Source of the DNA: Macrostomum lignano
Taxonomy: Eukaryota
Direction: 5' to 3'
Assembly: GCA_002269645.1 (NCBI GenBank)
Contig: NIVC01001159.1
Span: 299,414 to 363,413, forward strand
Length of the DNA: 64,000 nucleotides
Shown here: in pieces, positions 53,349 through 64,000 of the stretch
Numbering within the stretch: the stretch's first letter is position 1
Layout: the number at the start of each line of letters is the position of its first letter
Notes under the pieces: model-generated
The model's database searches: none
What the model saw: the letters and a program-made list of their open reading frames with translations, nothing else
Told to the model about the DNA's origin: nothing
Translations under genes and position numbers: made by a program

Positions 53349-54506
53349 GTGTCCACCATGGATGCTGAAGCGACTGGCGTCCCAAGGCAACCAGACGGGC
53401 CGGTCGGTGGAAGCTCCGGTAGTTCAGCGGGGGCGCTCCCTGGAGATGCTGCTGCGGCTGCTGAGGCCGAAACCACGGCGCAACAAATGGCCACTGCCAA
53501 CAAGGAGGTTCCTTCGGGAGCTACCTTTGCGGCGAAGGCCAAGGCCAAAATCCCGGGAGTGATCATCCAAGGTCGCGACCAGGACTGGACCACTGATCAG
53601 CTTCAAAAAGTGTGGAGTGCTGTTGACTCCTATCTGATTGAGCTGACTGTCGAGGAGGGAATCTCCATCGGCATTGAGCGGATGGTGCTGCGAAGCACAT
53701 TCGTTCTTATTGCTCCTAGCAGCGAGGAGGACGCTCGGCAGCTGCTCCAGCGGCTACCGACGGTCTCCTTGGATGCTGACCTTGGCGGAGCTCTTTTTCT
53801 TCGCGAGGGCCAGCGTCCAAAGACGATACCCTATGTGGTTTTCGTCCCTGCTAAGAGCACCGCAGCTGGACCAGACGTTATTCGCCGGGTCCTACTGCGT
53901 CTGAACCCCGACCTCCCTGCTAGTGGACTGGTGTATCACCGCAAAGTCCGCAGGGGGGAGACGGGCAACTCAATTGTCCTCGGCCTTTCCAGCACTTGGG
54001 CGAGTCGGTACCCTAATGGATCCTCTTTCCAGCTGGGTGCCCTCAAGCTCAAGATGCGCCGAGGAAAGTCTGCCAAAGGGAAGGCTACTGCCAACCCCGG
54101 CATCTCCGGCAAGAGCGGGGCGCAGTCTAAGGCCCAAGGAAAGGCGCAAGCCGATCCCAAAGCCAAAGCTGCATCTCGCCCCTCTGCTAGCAGCAGTTCG
54201 GCGACCGCGGTAACGGCTCCGGCCAAGCCCCGGGAACCAAACCTGCCAGTCGGAGAAGGAGTTGAGGACGAGGCCGGGTCTTCGGAATCCGAGCTCTCCT
54301 CGGCCACCCTGGTGGGGTCTGAAGGTAAAGATGCAGGTGAGGAAGCTTCCTCCATCCTGTCATCGGAGCCTGAGGACTCTGCTGGGGGGCCGGTGGGGGT
54401 GAGGAGGCCATGGACGTCGACCAACTCCCATCTCCCAGTCAAGCCCCAGCGGCCTGGGACGAGGACGATCTGTTGTCCAAGTCTCCTTGATGGCCCTGGG
54501 CTCTAG
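53349..54506 (+). CDS. LINE ORF1 (LOA-type; frame is open upstream to ~53142)
   Basis: Position directly before ORF2; basic N-terminal stretch; central domain resembling LOA ORF1; no CCHC knuckle seen. Confidence 0.7.
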   Translation: MSTMDAEATGVPRQPDGPVGGSSGSSAGALPGDAAAAAEAETTAQQMATANKEVPSGATFAAKAKAKIPGVIIQGRDQDWTTDQLQKVWSAVDSYLIELTVEEGISIGIERMVLRSTFVLIAPSSEEDARQLLQRLPTVSLDADLGGALFLREGQRPKTIPYVVFVPAKSTAAGPDVIRRVLLRLNPDLPASGLVYHRKVRRGETGNSIVLGLSSTWASRYPNGSSFQLGALKLKMRRGKSAKGKATANPGISGKSGAQSKAQGKAQADPKAKAASRPSASSSSATAVTAPAKPREPNLPVGEGVEDEAGSSESELSSATLVGSEGKDAGEEASSILSSEPEDSAGGPVGVRRPWTSTNSHLPVKPQRPGTRTICCPSLLDGPGL

Positions 54507-54529
54507 CCAGACATTGCATTTAATACAGT

Positions 54530-57500
54530 ATGACTAAGCTCCACGCTGCCAAAGGAGCGACATTCTGTCTGCAAATAAATTTACAGCATTGCGTATCTGC
54601 GTCAGTAAATCTGATGAAGATTGCTGAGCTGTACAGGCCAGGCCTCATCCTGATCCAGGAACCCTGGATGCGCAACGGTAAGTTGCCCAACATTCCCTCT
54701 GGCTACTCTGATTTTTATGTGTGTGGCCCGGGGAACAGCCGCCCTAGAGCGGCTATCCTCGCTGCTAGCCATCTCCAGGCTTGGCTGAGGACTGATCTCT
54801 CTGATGGAGACCTTTGCGTCATCCAATCTAATCATTTCTCTCCGCGTACGTGTCTTGTTGCCTCGGTTTATATCCCAGGCGACAGAGACCCTGCTCCTGA
54901 GAGTTTACTGCGCCTCGCGCAGTACTGCGAGTCCCAGAACGCTGAGCTGTGCTTAGGGGGCGACCTCAACGCGCACCACAAGCACTGGGGCAGCAAAGAT
55001 ACCAACACTAGAGGAGAGGAGCTTCTGGACCTCATCTCTAACACAAACCTCATGCTCTGCAACCGCGGCAGCACTCCTACCTTTAATAATGGCAGATGGA
55101 CCGAGGTCCTCGACGCCACACTCGTTACCCCAAGACTCTTTGACAGAGTTGAGGAGTGGAGAGTCTGGTCTGAGGAGCCCTCCCTGTCCGACCACTGCTT
55201 TATCGCCTTTAACATCGCGGACACTAAAACCCAGTCTCCGATCACTTGGAGACGCAATATCCGCAACACTGATTGGGCGGCCTACAAGGCTGCCCTTGAT
55301 CTGCACCTGCAGGAACTCACGGACTTACGTCCGATTGAGACCTGCGAGGATGTGGATCATATGGCTGAGACGCTGACAGGTTGCATTATTGAAGCCTACG
55401 AAGCGGCTTGTCCTGCTCGCGCCTACAAAGGCAAGACCTCGGCGCCGTGGTGGAACCCGGAGCTGGGGAAACTCAGGCGGAAGGCCAAAAGCCTTCATCG
55501 CCGTGCCATGAAGACCGGAAACCCGGAGGACATGGAGCTTTTCCGGCAAGCCTCCCGCAATTTCAAATCTGAAGTGCGCAAGGCCAAGGAATGTAAGTGG
55601 CGCCAATTCTGCAATGAATTGGATCAAGACAGACCTACTTCTAGGCTTGTCAAGGCCCTTACAATGGACAAAATGTCCAAATTAGCCATGATCAAAAAAG
55701 ATGATGGCTCTCTTACTAAAGACCCTGAAGAAGTGCTTCAGCATATGCTTAGCACATTCTTCCCGAGGGTACCTACTGCTAGACCGGAGCCCAACCATTC
55801 GATGGATGGAGCCACCCTAGCGGCGGGCATTGTCACTGAAGACCTAATCGCTCGTGCGGTCAGAACCTTCAAACCCTTCAAATCTCCTGGACCTGATGGT
55901 ATCTACCCTGTTCTCCTTCGTGAAGCAGCCAAGATACCCTCGTTCCTGAGACTCACCCGCAATCTTATGCGGGCCTCTATCCAGCTGGGATACGTTCCCA
56001 AATGCTGGACTGAAGCTCGGGTAGTCTTTATTCCCAAACCTGGGAAGGGTGACTACCAAAGCGTCAAGGCCTTCCGGCCTATTAGCTTAACGTCAGCAAT
56101 GCTTAAGCTCACTGAGAGGCTTATTCTCTGGCGGCTGCTGTCCTGCGAGCTGACAGCGATGCCCCTCAGCAATAATCAGCACGCCTTCCGTACCGGGAGG
56201 TCGACTGACAGCGCCTTGCATGCGATTGTCGAGAAGATTGAAAGGGCGGTACTGGGTGACGGTTACGCTCTGGCTCTCTTTCTTGACATTGTTGGCGCCT
56301 TCGACAACGTTATCTTTGAAGCGTTTCAGAGGGCCCTTCAAAATCGCAAAGCTCATGCTACCCTCATACGGTGGATCATGTACATGATCTCCAACCGTAC
56401 GGTCACTGCCCAACTTCTTGGGCAAACTGCCTCCACCAGAGTCTGTAAGGGTGGACCCCAAGGCGGAGTCCTCACCCCGACGCTCTGGAACCTGGTCATG
56501 GACGCTCTTTTGAGTGACTCCCGACCCGACCCCGTCTTCAAAGTCGGGTATGTTGATGACGTCACGGCCATTGTGGCAGGACCGTCTCCCAGCACGCTCA
56601 GGGATCTGATGCAGAGCTTTATCCGCAAAGCAGAATCCTGGGCCAATGACAATGGTCTGGAACTCTCTGAGCCCAAAACCGTTGCCATTATGTTTACCAG
56701 CAGACTACGCTGGAACATACGTCCTCTGCAGCTCTACGGCAGAGATATTGTCTTCGCGCACCAGACCAGATGTCTCGGGGTCATACTTGACCACCGGCTC
56801 AACTGGTCCTCCCACGTGAAAGCAAAAGCCAAGCGTGCCTCAGCCATCCTGGCCCAGCTCCGACGAGCACTTGGCACTTCTTGGGGCCTATCCCCAAAGC
56901 GGCTTTGGTGGATCTATACTTCCGTAGTTAGACCTGCCATTACGTACGCCTCTGTTGTCTGGGTTAGCGCTACCCAGGTCAAAAGCCATGCAGACCTGCT
57001 CAACACGATCCAAGGCAGAGCGTGTAGGCTCATCTGCAACGCCACCAGGTCCACGCCCTTTGCTGGCATGGGGGCCTTCCTTAATCTTCCGCCTCTTGAC
57101 CTCTTCATCAGGGGTGAGGCGGCTAGAACGACGCGGCGTCTAATTGATGCCGGCGTCAAATTCATTTACATGAGAGCACCTGCTAAGCGGAACCTTGTCC
57201 CGCATAGCGATCTGTGCCTCAACTTTCTCAACGAGTGTCAGGCCAATTGCGTCTTCACCGATGGCATTGCCTCAACGCTCAACCTGAGACAGCGCTACTC
57301 CGTAGCTATCGACTCGCGCGATAACATCAATGACCAATGGAACCCTGGTGAGCTTCATTGCTACACCGACGGTTCTAAGCAGTCAGCCAACACCGGCTTT
57401 GGTGTTGGAATCTTTCTGAACGGGAGGGTCATCGCTACCCACGCTCAATACACTGGGGTCAACTCCAGTGTTTTCCAAAATGAAGTTCTGGCCATCAGCT

Positions 57501-58270
57501 CCTGCACTGCAGAGCTTCTCGCCACTGACGTTACTGGTAAGAACATCATTTTCCATTCGGACAGCCAAGCTGCCTTGCACGCCATCAGTGGCTGCAGCAC
57601 CAACTCTGCTACAGTCCTCGACTGTATCAAACTCCTCAACGTGTTGGGTTCCGCCAACAAAATTACCCTTAAGTGGGTTCCGGGGCATGTGGGGATCCGA
57701 GGAAATGAGTTGGCTGACACCCTTGCAAAAGTTGGTGCCTCCGGCTCCTCTCTCAGCCCCGAACCTCTTGTCCCGATTCCTGGCTGTATCATCGACTCGC
57801 GCATCAAAGCGTGGATCAGGACTCAGCACCGCTCGACTTGGGCGAACCGCACGAACTGCAGGCAATCCAGAGGCGCTGTCCCTCAGCCCTCTCACCAGCT
57901 CCGGAAGCTCCTCTTGCGCCTCTCGCGCAGAGACATCCGGGCTGCCACCATGACCCTCTCTGGTCACGGCTGCTTCTCCAGGCACCAGTACCTGCAGGGC
58001 AACGCCACCAACGCCACCTGTAGTTTCTGCAACTCAGGTGACGAAACCGCTGAGCATTTCGTCAGCATCTGTCCCGCCTTCACGCGGGCCAGACTCACTT
58101 ACCTCGGGCCACACACATCTATTACTGAAGCGTGCAAACCCGAAAACTTTAATCAGCTCATGCGCTACCTTCGGGCCACCCGCAGGGCTGAACTTTCCTT
58201 TCCAGAGAGCACCATAGCTGCTGGCGACACTGGGGGACCTCCCTGGGCGGCGCCAACCCTCCGTCCATAG
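54530..58270 (+). CDS. LINE ORF2: AP endonuclease, reverse transcriptase, RNase H, C-terminal CCHC
   Basis: QINLQH, LIQEPW, GGDLNAHH..WGS, LSDH; KSPGPDGI, FRPISL, QGGVLTPTLW, YVDD; YTDGSK, E48-like QNEVLAI, SDSQAAL, WVPGHVGIRGNELAD; CSFC..ETAEHFVSIC; uninterrupted 1,246 aa. Confidence 0.97.
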   Translation: MTKLHAAKGATFCLQINLQHCVSASVNLMKIAELYRPGLILIQEPWMRNGKLPNIPSGYSDFYVCGPGNSRPRAAILAASHLQAWLRTDLSDGDLCVIQSNHFSPRTCLVASVYIPGDRDPAPESLLRLAQYCESQNAELCLGGDLNAHHKHWGSKDTNTRGEELLDLISNTNLMLCNRGSTPTFNNGRWTEVLDATLVTPRLFDRVEEWRVWSEEPSLSDHCFIAFNIADTKTQSPITWRRNIRNTDWAAYKAALDLHLQELTDLRPIETCEDVDHMAETLTGCIIEAYEAACPARAYKGKTSAPWWNPELGKLRRKAKSLHRRAMKTGNPEDMELFRQASRNFKSEVRKAKECKWRQFCNELDQDRPTSRLVKALTMDKMSKLAMIKKDDGSLTKDPEEVLQHMLSTFFPRVPTARPEPNHSMDGATLAAGIVTEDLIARAVRTFKPFKSPGPDGIYPVLLREAAKIPSFLRLTRNLMRASIQLGYVPKCWTEARVVFIPKPGKGDYQSVKAFRPISLTSAMLKLTERLILWRLLSCELTAMPLSNNQHAFRTGRSTDSALHAIVEKIERAVLGDGYALALFLDIVGAFDNVIFEAFQRALQNRKAHATLIRWIMYMISNRTVTAQLLGQTASTRVCKGGPQGGVLTPTLWNLVMDALLSDSRPDPVFKVGYVDDVTAIVAGPSPSTLRDLMQSFIRKAESWANDNGLELSEPKTVAIMFTSRLRWNIRPLQLYGRDIVFAHQTRCLGVILDHRLNWSSHVKAKAKRASAILAQLRRALGTSWGLSPKRLWWIYTSVVRPAITYASVVWVSATQVKSHADLLNTIQGRACRLICNATRSTPFAGMGAFLNLPPLDLFIRGEAARTTRRLIDAGVKFIYMRAPAKRNLVPHSDLCLNFLNECQANCVFTDGIASTLNLRQRYSVAIDSRDNINDQWNPGELHCYTDGSKQSANTGFGVGIFLNGRVIATHAQYTGVNSSVFQNEVLAISSCTAELLATDVTGKNIIFHSDSQAALHAISGCSTNSATVLDCIKLLNVLGSANKITLKWVPGHVGIRGNELADTLAKVGASGSSLSPEPLVPIPGCIIDSRIKAWIRTQHRSTWANRTNCRQSRGAVPQPSHQLRKLLLRLSRRDIRAATMTLSGHGCFSRHQYLQGNATNATCSFCNSGDETAEHFVSICPAFTRARLTYLGPHTSITEACKPENFNQLMRYLRATRRAELSFPESTIAAGDTGGPPWAAPTLRP

Positions 58271-58945
58271 CGACGCGTCGGCCGTTCAGGGACTAGCGGA
58301 ATGGGCGCCCGCGCCTTCCCGCTGTGTCCCCTCCGGGACAGCCCTGCAGCTAAGTAAGTACATGTAAGTAAGCCCTGTGCAAGAGAGCAAAAACGGCTGC
58401 TGAAGCTTCTGCCCACCGTTTTTGCCCGTCTGAGTGCTGTCGAGGTTCCTGGGCTCGGTGCCGGCCGTCCTGTCAAAAGTGCACACTTGCTCCGTCATCA
58501 TGTACAATGCCAAAAAGAATACATGTGCACTAATGTCATGAGCGCTTATTCAGCCCTTCCAGTTTCTGGTTTCTTTATCCTTAGTTCGTTCCTTAGTTCG
58601 TGCGTATGGATGAACGACTCACGTAGTTCTATTTAACTACCAGACCGACTGTCTTGACAGGCGTTCGTCTTGAAAACCTGATTCTTAGAAACAGGCTGAC
58701 CGCTAGATACACGTCTGCCGCTCTAGCCTGATGTTTCCAGAGAAGTAGAACACACTACTAGCACAACGAGTAGACCGTCCAATAGAACGTTTACGCGTTT
58801 ACGACGTTAATTACGACGTTTCCTTATTGGCTGCTAACAGGGTTTTTAAAAGTTACAAAACGGAAAGAAACTCCCCGTCTGCGGTACTTTACTGTCTACC
58901 GATTCAGGACTCTGCTAACTTTATTTTTATATTCGAGCAAAAAAA

Positions 58946-59859
58946 ATGGCTGCTGTAGTTGATCATGCTTTGCTAATAATCTTCATCTTCTTTCTGACAT
59001 CGCCCGCTACAGCAACCGTGAGCGAGACTGGTACGATTCTTTAATCGTACGCCCCGACCCATGACCCATGTATGAAATACATTGCACAATGCTTTAAGGT
59101 GTGAATACCAATGTGACCACAATTTACTTCAGAGTTTAACGCGGAAAAAAGTCCTTCATCTGGCCCAACCAACTCGGTATCCGCTGAGGAATCTGTGACT
59201 GCTAGGAGCGACATCGAATGCTCAACACTGTGCTCGGCTGCTCAGTCGTCTCCCGGAAGTGACTGTAAATCCTGGGCCTTCGCATCCGCTACTGGTCGCT
59301 GCTTTCTTTCATCCAATCGAACCTTTGGTTTCGAGTTTGCGTCATCGATTGGAGCAAGTATTTACCGCGGCCAAGAAGGTGAGTCGTCAGTCAGAACTGT
59401 GAAGCTGAAGTTGCGGTTTATTTCCTACAGCATATTTATTTCGAAGCATTCACCTTTTTTCTACCCTCCTTCCGTTACCAAGACCTACCAACGGCTACAA
59501 CACCGGCCCCTGTATCCGCCAGTCTGAACAATTGCACCACAATGGTTGGCAGCAGGAAGTTCTGCGTCATCCAGCAGCGAGTCAGCGATCAGTACAGCTT
59601 CGCTCGGAGCTACGCCGAATATGAGAACGGATTTGGGGACAGCCAGAACTTCTGGATCGGTAAATTCGTGTTTCTAAAGTCTGCATTCTCTGATATAGTA
59701 TCTCTAACAAGGGGCAACAGACAGGTGATAATCGTTGTTGAATCTGCAGGTCTCAAGAAGCTGAACAACCTGACCGGCTCGACTCCACGACTATTCCGCA
59801 TGGAGGCGGTCAACCTGCAGAACAACCTGCTGTACGTGTGCGAGTACTCCAGCTTCTCC
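58946..59859 (+). pseudogene. FReD 2, paralogue of 45573-48260, truncated in the last exon; exons 58946-59030, 59133-59378, 59483-59659, 59750-59859
   Basis: Same exon structure and phases; similarity to FReD 1 ends abruptly after YVCEYSSFS. Confidence 0.82.
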
Positions 59860-60377
59860 AGAGACAGCATTTGTGAGGTTTGACTTACTACTGATGAGTA
59901 GAAATTACTGAAAATTGTTTGAGTTCTTTAGAAAACTTTTCATAAAAGCTATTAGTACTAGGCTATAATAATGTTAACAGTATTAATAATTAAATTTACT
60001 GTTAATGTTGGGTTAAAAATGACTGACAGATGCGCATGGGTCGTCATTTATCATTTACAGGTCTCCTGTAATAAAAACAATCGTAAAAAACAGTTATTTT
60101 GTTTTGCTAATCTTCTCAGATAACCATTTTTTAGTATATGGATCTACTAAAATCTATATACAAGTACCTCAATGCAATACTTACAACCGCTCATCTAAGG
60201 GCGAGAAAAAGGTCAACAACCCCCCCCCTCCAAAATCCCCCTTAGATGAACATCTAAAATCTATCTAAACATAATGCCCTAACACCTAAAACGAACCACC
60301 CCATCGCAATGCTTAAAACTACTGATCTAAACATAATTTTTTACTTTTTGCATCAGAAACCTCGGACAGCAGAAAAT

Positions 60378-60613
60378 CAACATCCAACACCCAACACCCA
60401 ACACCCAACACCCAACACCCAACATCCAACACCCAACACCCAACACCCAACACCCAACACCCAACACCCGACATCCAACACCCAACATCCAACACCCAAC
60501 ACCCAACATCCAACACCCAACATCCAAAATCCAACATCCAACATCCAACACCCAACATCCAACACCCAACACCCAACATCCAACACCCAACATCCAACAT
60601 CCAACACCCAACA
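60378..60613. repeat. 7-bp tandem repeat (CAACACC/CAACATC)
   Basis: About 33 units; an inverted unit pair appears at the window end (63984-64000). Confidence 0.95.
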
Positions 60614-60614
60614 C

Positions 60615-61010
60615 AATTTCTTTGTAGCTCTTTCTGGTTTTCACCATTGCATACAAAAAAGTCATGCACAGCTCACTGCAGACGTCGCTGTTAATCTCTG
60701 GAAGTATAAAGTCTGAGCGATAAGTGTTTGGTTTTCCAAGTAATTTCTTAATTCTTCAGGTGGAGCTGTTCCATAGCTATCGAAGTAGTAGTATTAGTGC
60801 TTACGGGCTCGTACGATCAGGATCGATCACCCAGAAAACCCAATGAAAACCCGGTTTATCGGAGGTGTCAAAGTTCATGATGCCACATTTTTTTTGTTTT
60901 GGATAGGAGTACTGTGTGAATCGGGAAGTGCATCTCTCATGAAGACCCCTCGGAAGTTTGGAATCTCCAGCTCATTTTGCTAAATCTTGAACAAAAGTGT
61001 TTGTTGTCAT
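60615..61010 (-). pseudogene. Polinton adenain-like cysteine protease relic
   Basis: Across frameshifts: IPNFRGVFMRDALP..CGIMNFDTSDKPGFHWV..YYFDSYGTAPPEELRNYL..NSDVCSELCMTFL. Confidence 0.8.
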
Positions 61011-61027
61011 TTTTTAGATTTTTTTAA

Positions 61028-61160
61028 TTAGAAACCTAATTCTCGCAACCTCCAATGACCAAAGGGTAGACTTTTATTGTTGTCATCACAGACAAATCTC
61101 TTATTGTCTGCACCTAAAAAGCCAATCTTCTTCTGTAGAATTGTATAAATATTGTGGTTC
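61028..61160 (-). pseudogene. C-terminal fragment of a second, different-type pPolB
   Basis: SENHNIYTILQKKIGFLGADNKRFVCDDNNKSLPFGHW matches the typical pPolB C-terminus (H.IYT..Q.K..L...D.KR......TLP.GH). Confidence 0.7.
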
Positions 61161-61289
61161 TCAGACTGCAGTTTCGAGAATTCATGGATAGCTCTCTTAT
61201 TGTGACACAATGACCAAAGAATTCCCTGCACAAGTCCCCTCTGTACCTGCATGGCCAATACGATCAAGTCCCAGCAGTGTCCCTTAACA

Positions 61290-61660
61290 TCGGCTATGAC
61301 TACGAGATTAACAGCAAAAAGACACTAGTTGGCAGGTAAGAGCCCCCTCTAGTTGGAAGCCCGATTTCAAAAGTTCCGGTTTGGTGAGCCAGGACGCACG
61401 GGCTGGTGGCAGCGGGTTAGTTAGTCTGCGGATTAGCTGATCTCTACCTTCAAAATTCTCCCTGCTTGTCTCTCGCTGTCCCTCTCTTAGCTAAGGACCT
61501 AGACTGCTCGCCACAAGATCAAGCTACCATGGGGCTGACCATCTGACAGGAGTGGGGGGCCAGGACTCTAATTGATTTATTTCTGAGACCTGAGGCCCGA
61601 AGGCTTCCCGAAAGGGGCCGAAAAGGCTGAAACCCATCATAGAATTAATTAACAATTCAT
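61290..61660. mobile_element. Repeat family Y, copy 2
   Basis: Partial similarity to reverse complement of 5700-5830. Confidence 0.35.
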
Positions 61661-61739
61661 CCAGTAAAGTTTAAGTTAAAAAAATTGTATTAGGGGGGTG
61701 TACCTGGCGTGAGTGTGTACTCTGGACTGCAGTATGGCG

Positions 61740-62632
61740 AGAACGGGACTTGAGCCCCCCGGTCGTACCCGCCCTGCAGGAAAGAATGACCATTCACAAA
61801 GGTGTACGGTTAGAGCCCAGTAGCATGCCAGCCCTGAGGCTGAGCCCCGGGTTTAGGGCTTAGGTGCTCCTCCCATTTGTTTTTATTCCCATCAATGTGC
61901 ACATGGCATGCCTGCCACTCCAACCGGCAAAATGCCACCTCTAACCAACCTGGAGTTTTGAGCTCTGCCCTGCCCGGCTCATCTTGCTTTGTCCTCGGTT
62001 CCATCTGCTGGCTCCTCTGGAAGCTCCCTGCCTCTGTGTCTCGGCTCTCATCCTGACAGTGGATTGGCGTCCCGGGGAACGAGTTCGTCCCGAGTCGGGG
62101 ATACCGACTGAGTCCGGATCCTCTTGCGCCTTGTGCCCCTTTCCCGACCCCTTGGTCCGGCCTCCAATCTAAAGCTGGATATGTGATACCCTTGGTGCTT
62201 GCAGCCCTATAGGTAGTCGCAATATCCTGCCTGATAGGAGTCTCGCCCTCGGAAACAAGCCTTCCAGCCAAATTCCTAACTATAGCCTTTTCCGTAGACT
62301 TGGGGGTTTCCCCGCTCTCGGACCGCTCTAAGTAGTAAACTAAGCTTTTTCAAACCTTTTTTTCGCGCGCACTCCCAAAGACTTGTCTGCTGGGGTCGGC
62401 CTGGGTGGACTCGGTCATGGCACCGTCCCTGATTCCACTTTTGGGTTGGCGGTGTCTTATACATAGGCTTGGGTTAGTAGGCAGTTCACACCCAGCCCTG
62501 GCCTACGACGTCAGGGTCTAACCAACCGGTGGGTATCTCGGGCTTAGGCCCCTGGAAGTGCCCCTCAGCGGCAGAGCCCCTCTCAGGGCTGATCCGCGGG
62601 AAGCTTAGTCTCCCAACCCCGTTTAACAACAA
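61740..62632 (+). mobile_element. Repeat family X, copy 2
   Basis: Similar to 4090-4736; ends GTTTAACAACAA; 5' boundary uncertain. Confidence 0.6.
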
Positions 62633-62639
62633 GCACACA

Positions 62640-63161
62640 AGGTGTGGATACTTATAATTACTTCTTGGGAAATGTTTTTACCAAACGAAAGCATTTTGAG
62701 ACACCGGATGCGAGTAGACCAGAGAATAAACTGTTCGCTGTTAAACTATCCAATGATCTCACTGTAACGAGAGTGATCCTGCAGGTTCATAAGGATGCTG
62801 AGATTGAGTTTAAAAACGACCCGTGTTGTAGAATTGGGTTTTGAGGTGAAAGTTTATAAAGAGGGTTTGTTCTTAGCCGCCAATATTGCGGACATTATCA
62901 AAAGTTTAAATATTTTAATTCGTAGCAATTTGAGTCTCGATTGACTTTTTAAAGATAAAAGGAGAAATGTACTTTTCAATATTTCAAATTCTGTTGCTGG
63001 CGGTCAGATGTTGGTAGAGAAACCTAAACCCAGTGAAGAGGGTTGTTTTGAGTAATAAAGAAATCAATGAGATTGCCCTTCAGTTTGAAACAGAGGATGG
63101 AGTTGGAGTGGATTTCAATGGTGAAGAGTTTGCGCTAACGATTGTGATTGAGAGAATGTGA
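62640..63161 (+). pseudogene. Polinton minor capsid (penton) relic
   Basis: Across two frameshifts and a stop: LGFEVKVY..NIADIIKSLNILIRSNL..NVLFNISNSVAGGQMLVEKP..INEIALQFETEDGVGVDFNGEEFALTIVIER*. Confidence 0.75.
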
Positions 63162-64000
63162 TGTTAAAAATTACTACTCATCTAATAAATATACTAAATC
63201 TCTAATATAAAATACTAATATTTTGCCAAAAAAAATTTCGACAACACAATGGAAGGGGAGGCTACTCTAAGCCATGCACGCCGAGCGCCCACACTCCACC
63301 TACCCAACAAAGCGAGATCGATTAACTGACGTATCATAACTGTATTTAACATATCAAAAGTTAAAAAACACATTACTGTGTACAAAAAACATTTGATTTA
63401 AATTAAACAGAAAGTATAAAGATAGGGCAATTTTTTCTTCATTTTTACTAATAGTAGTAGAAATTGAGCATCTGTTTTATTTCTCGCAGAAAGGTTGAGA
63501 ACTGACGAAGTCTTCGTCTCATTTTTTCGTAGAGAAAATGTTTTACTTTAATGTTTTTACTAATAGTAGTAGAAATTGGGCATCTGTTTCTAATAAGTTA
63601 ATAAGTCAAAAGGTCCAGTAAAAAAACTGAACCTCTGTTGTACCTTCACCGTCAATAAATTCTACCGTTTCTTGGTTGACACTGAACACTTCCTTTAACT
63701 CCTCATTGCATACTCTATCGATTACTTGTTTGTACTTTAGTAACGTTGACGCGCTAAAGCCCGAAAAAATAAGGGCAGGGACTTAAAAAAAAGTCGTAGA
63801 AACGAATATTTTCAAAAACCTTTCGTTTAGTGATGTTAAACTTCTTTGCAACTGTTTCATCCGAATTTTTTGTTATTCATAATAAAATACTATTGTTCTA
63901 GCTAACTCAAACTCTCTCAAAGTCTTCAACGTAGTCACTGACACAAGGGCTTTTGTTATCGATCGATAATGCTGTTCATCGTGTGTTGGATGTTGGGTAT

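Larger units (their letters stand above)
52508..58372 (+). mobile_element. Near full-length non-LTR retrotransposon, LOA/I-group type
   Basis: ORF1 plus APE-RT-RNase H ORF2; (TAAG)n-type 3' tail; candidate TSD GCCCTGGGCAAG (52496-52507) / GCCCTGTGCAAG (58372-58383). Confidence 0.88.

Noticed and set aside
63300-64000. Further Polinton ORFs on the minus strand
   Set aside because: Short interrupted frames with no motif I could recognise

Overview
Eukaryotic, repeat-rich animal DNA with spliceosomal GT-AG introns. The GC/CAG-rich exons and repeat types suggest an invertebrate such as a macrostomid flatworm (inference only). Host genes: an alpha-1,3-fucosyltransferase (GT10, runs off the left edge), a CXXC1/Cfp1 orthologue, a CCDC61/VFL3 orthologue, and two paralogous signal peptide-PAN/apple-fibrinogen (FReD) genes, the second truncated. 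The rest is micro/minisatellites and nested mobile elements: hAT, mariner and RTE relics, MITEs, and a near-intact LOA-type LINE with RNase H. The main discovery is a 9,546-bp element (7085-16630) with ~300-bp terminal inverted repeats and a perfect 6-bp target-site duplication (CAGAAC). Its only recognisable gene is a ~1,330-aa protein-primed family B DNA polymerase split by six spliceosomal introns, three at polymerase motifs A, B and C. No integrase, capsid, ATPase or maturation protease could be recognised in it. A separate decayed conventional Polinton (protease, pPolB C-terminus, penton) lies at ~59.9-64 kb. Other signals: a ~15-kb CpG-depleted, CTAG-enriched TE block, and a tandem array of four RFX X-box motifs upstream of the centriolar gene CCDC61. 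All assignments come from manual motif recognition; no database searches were run.
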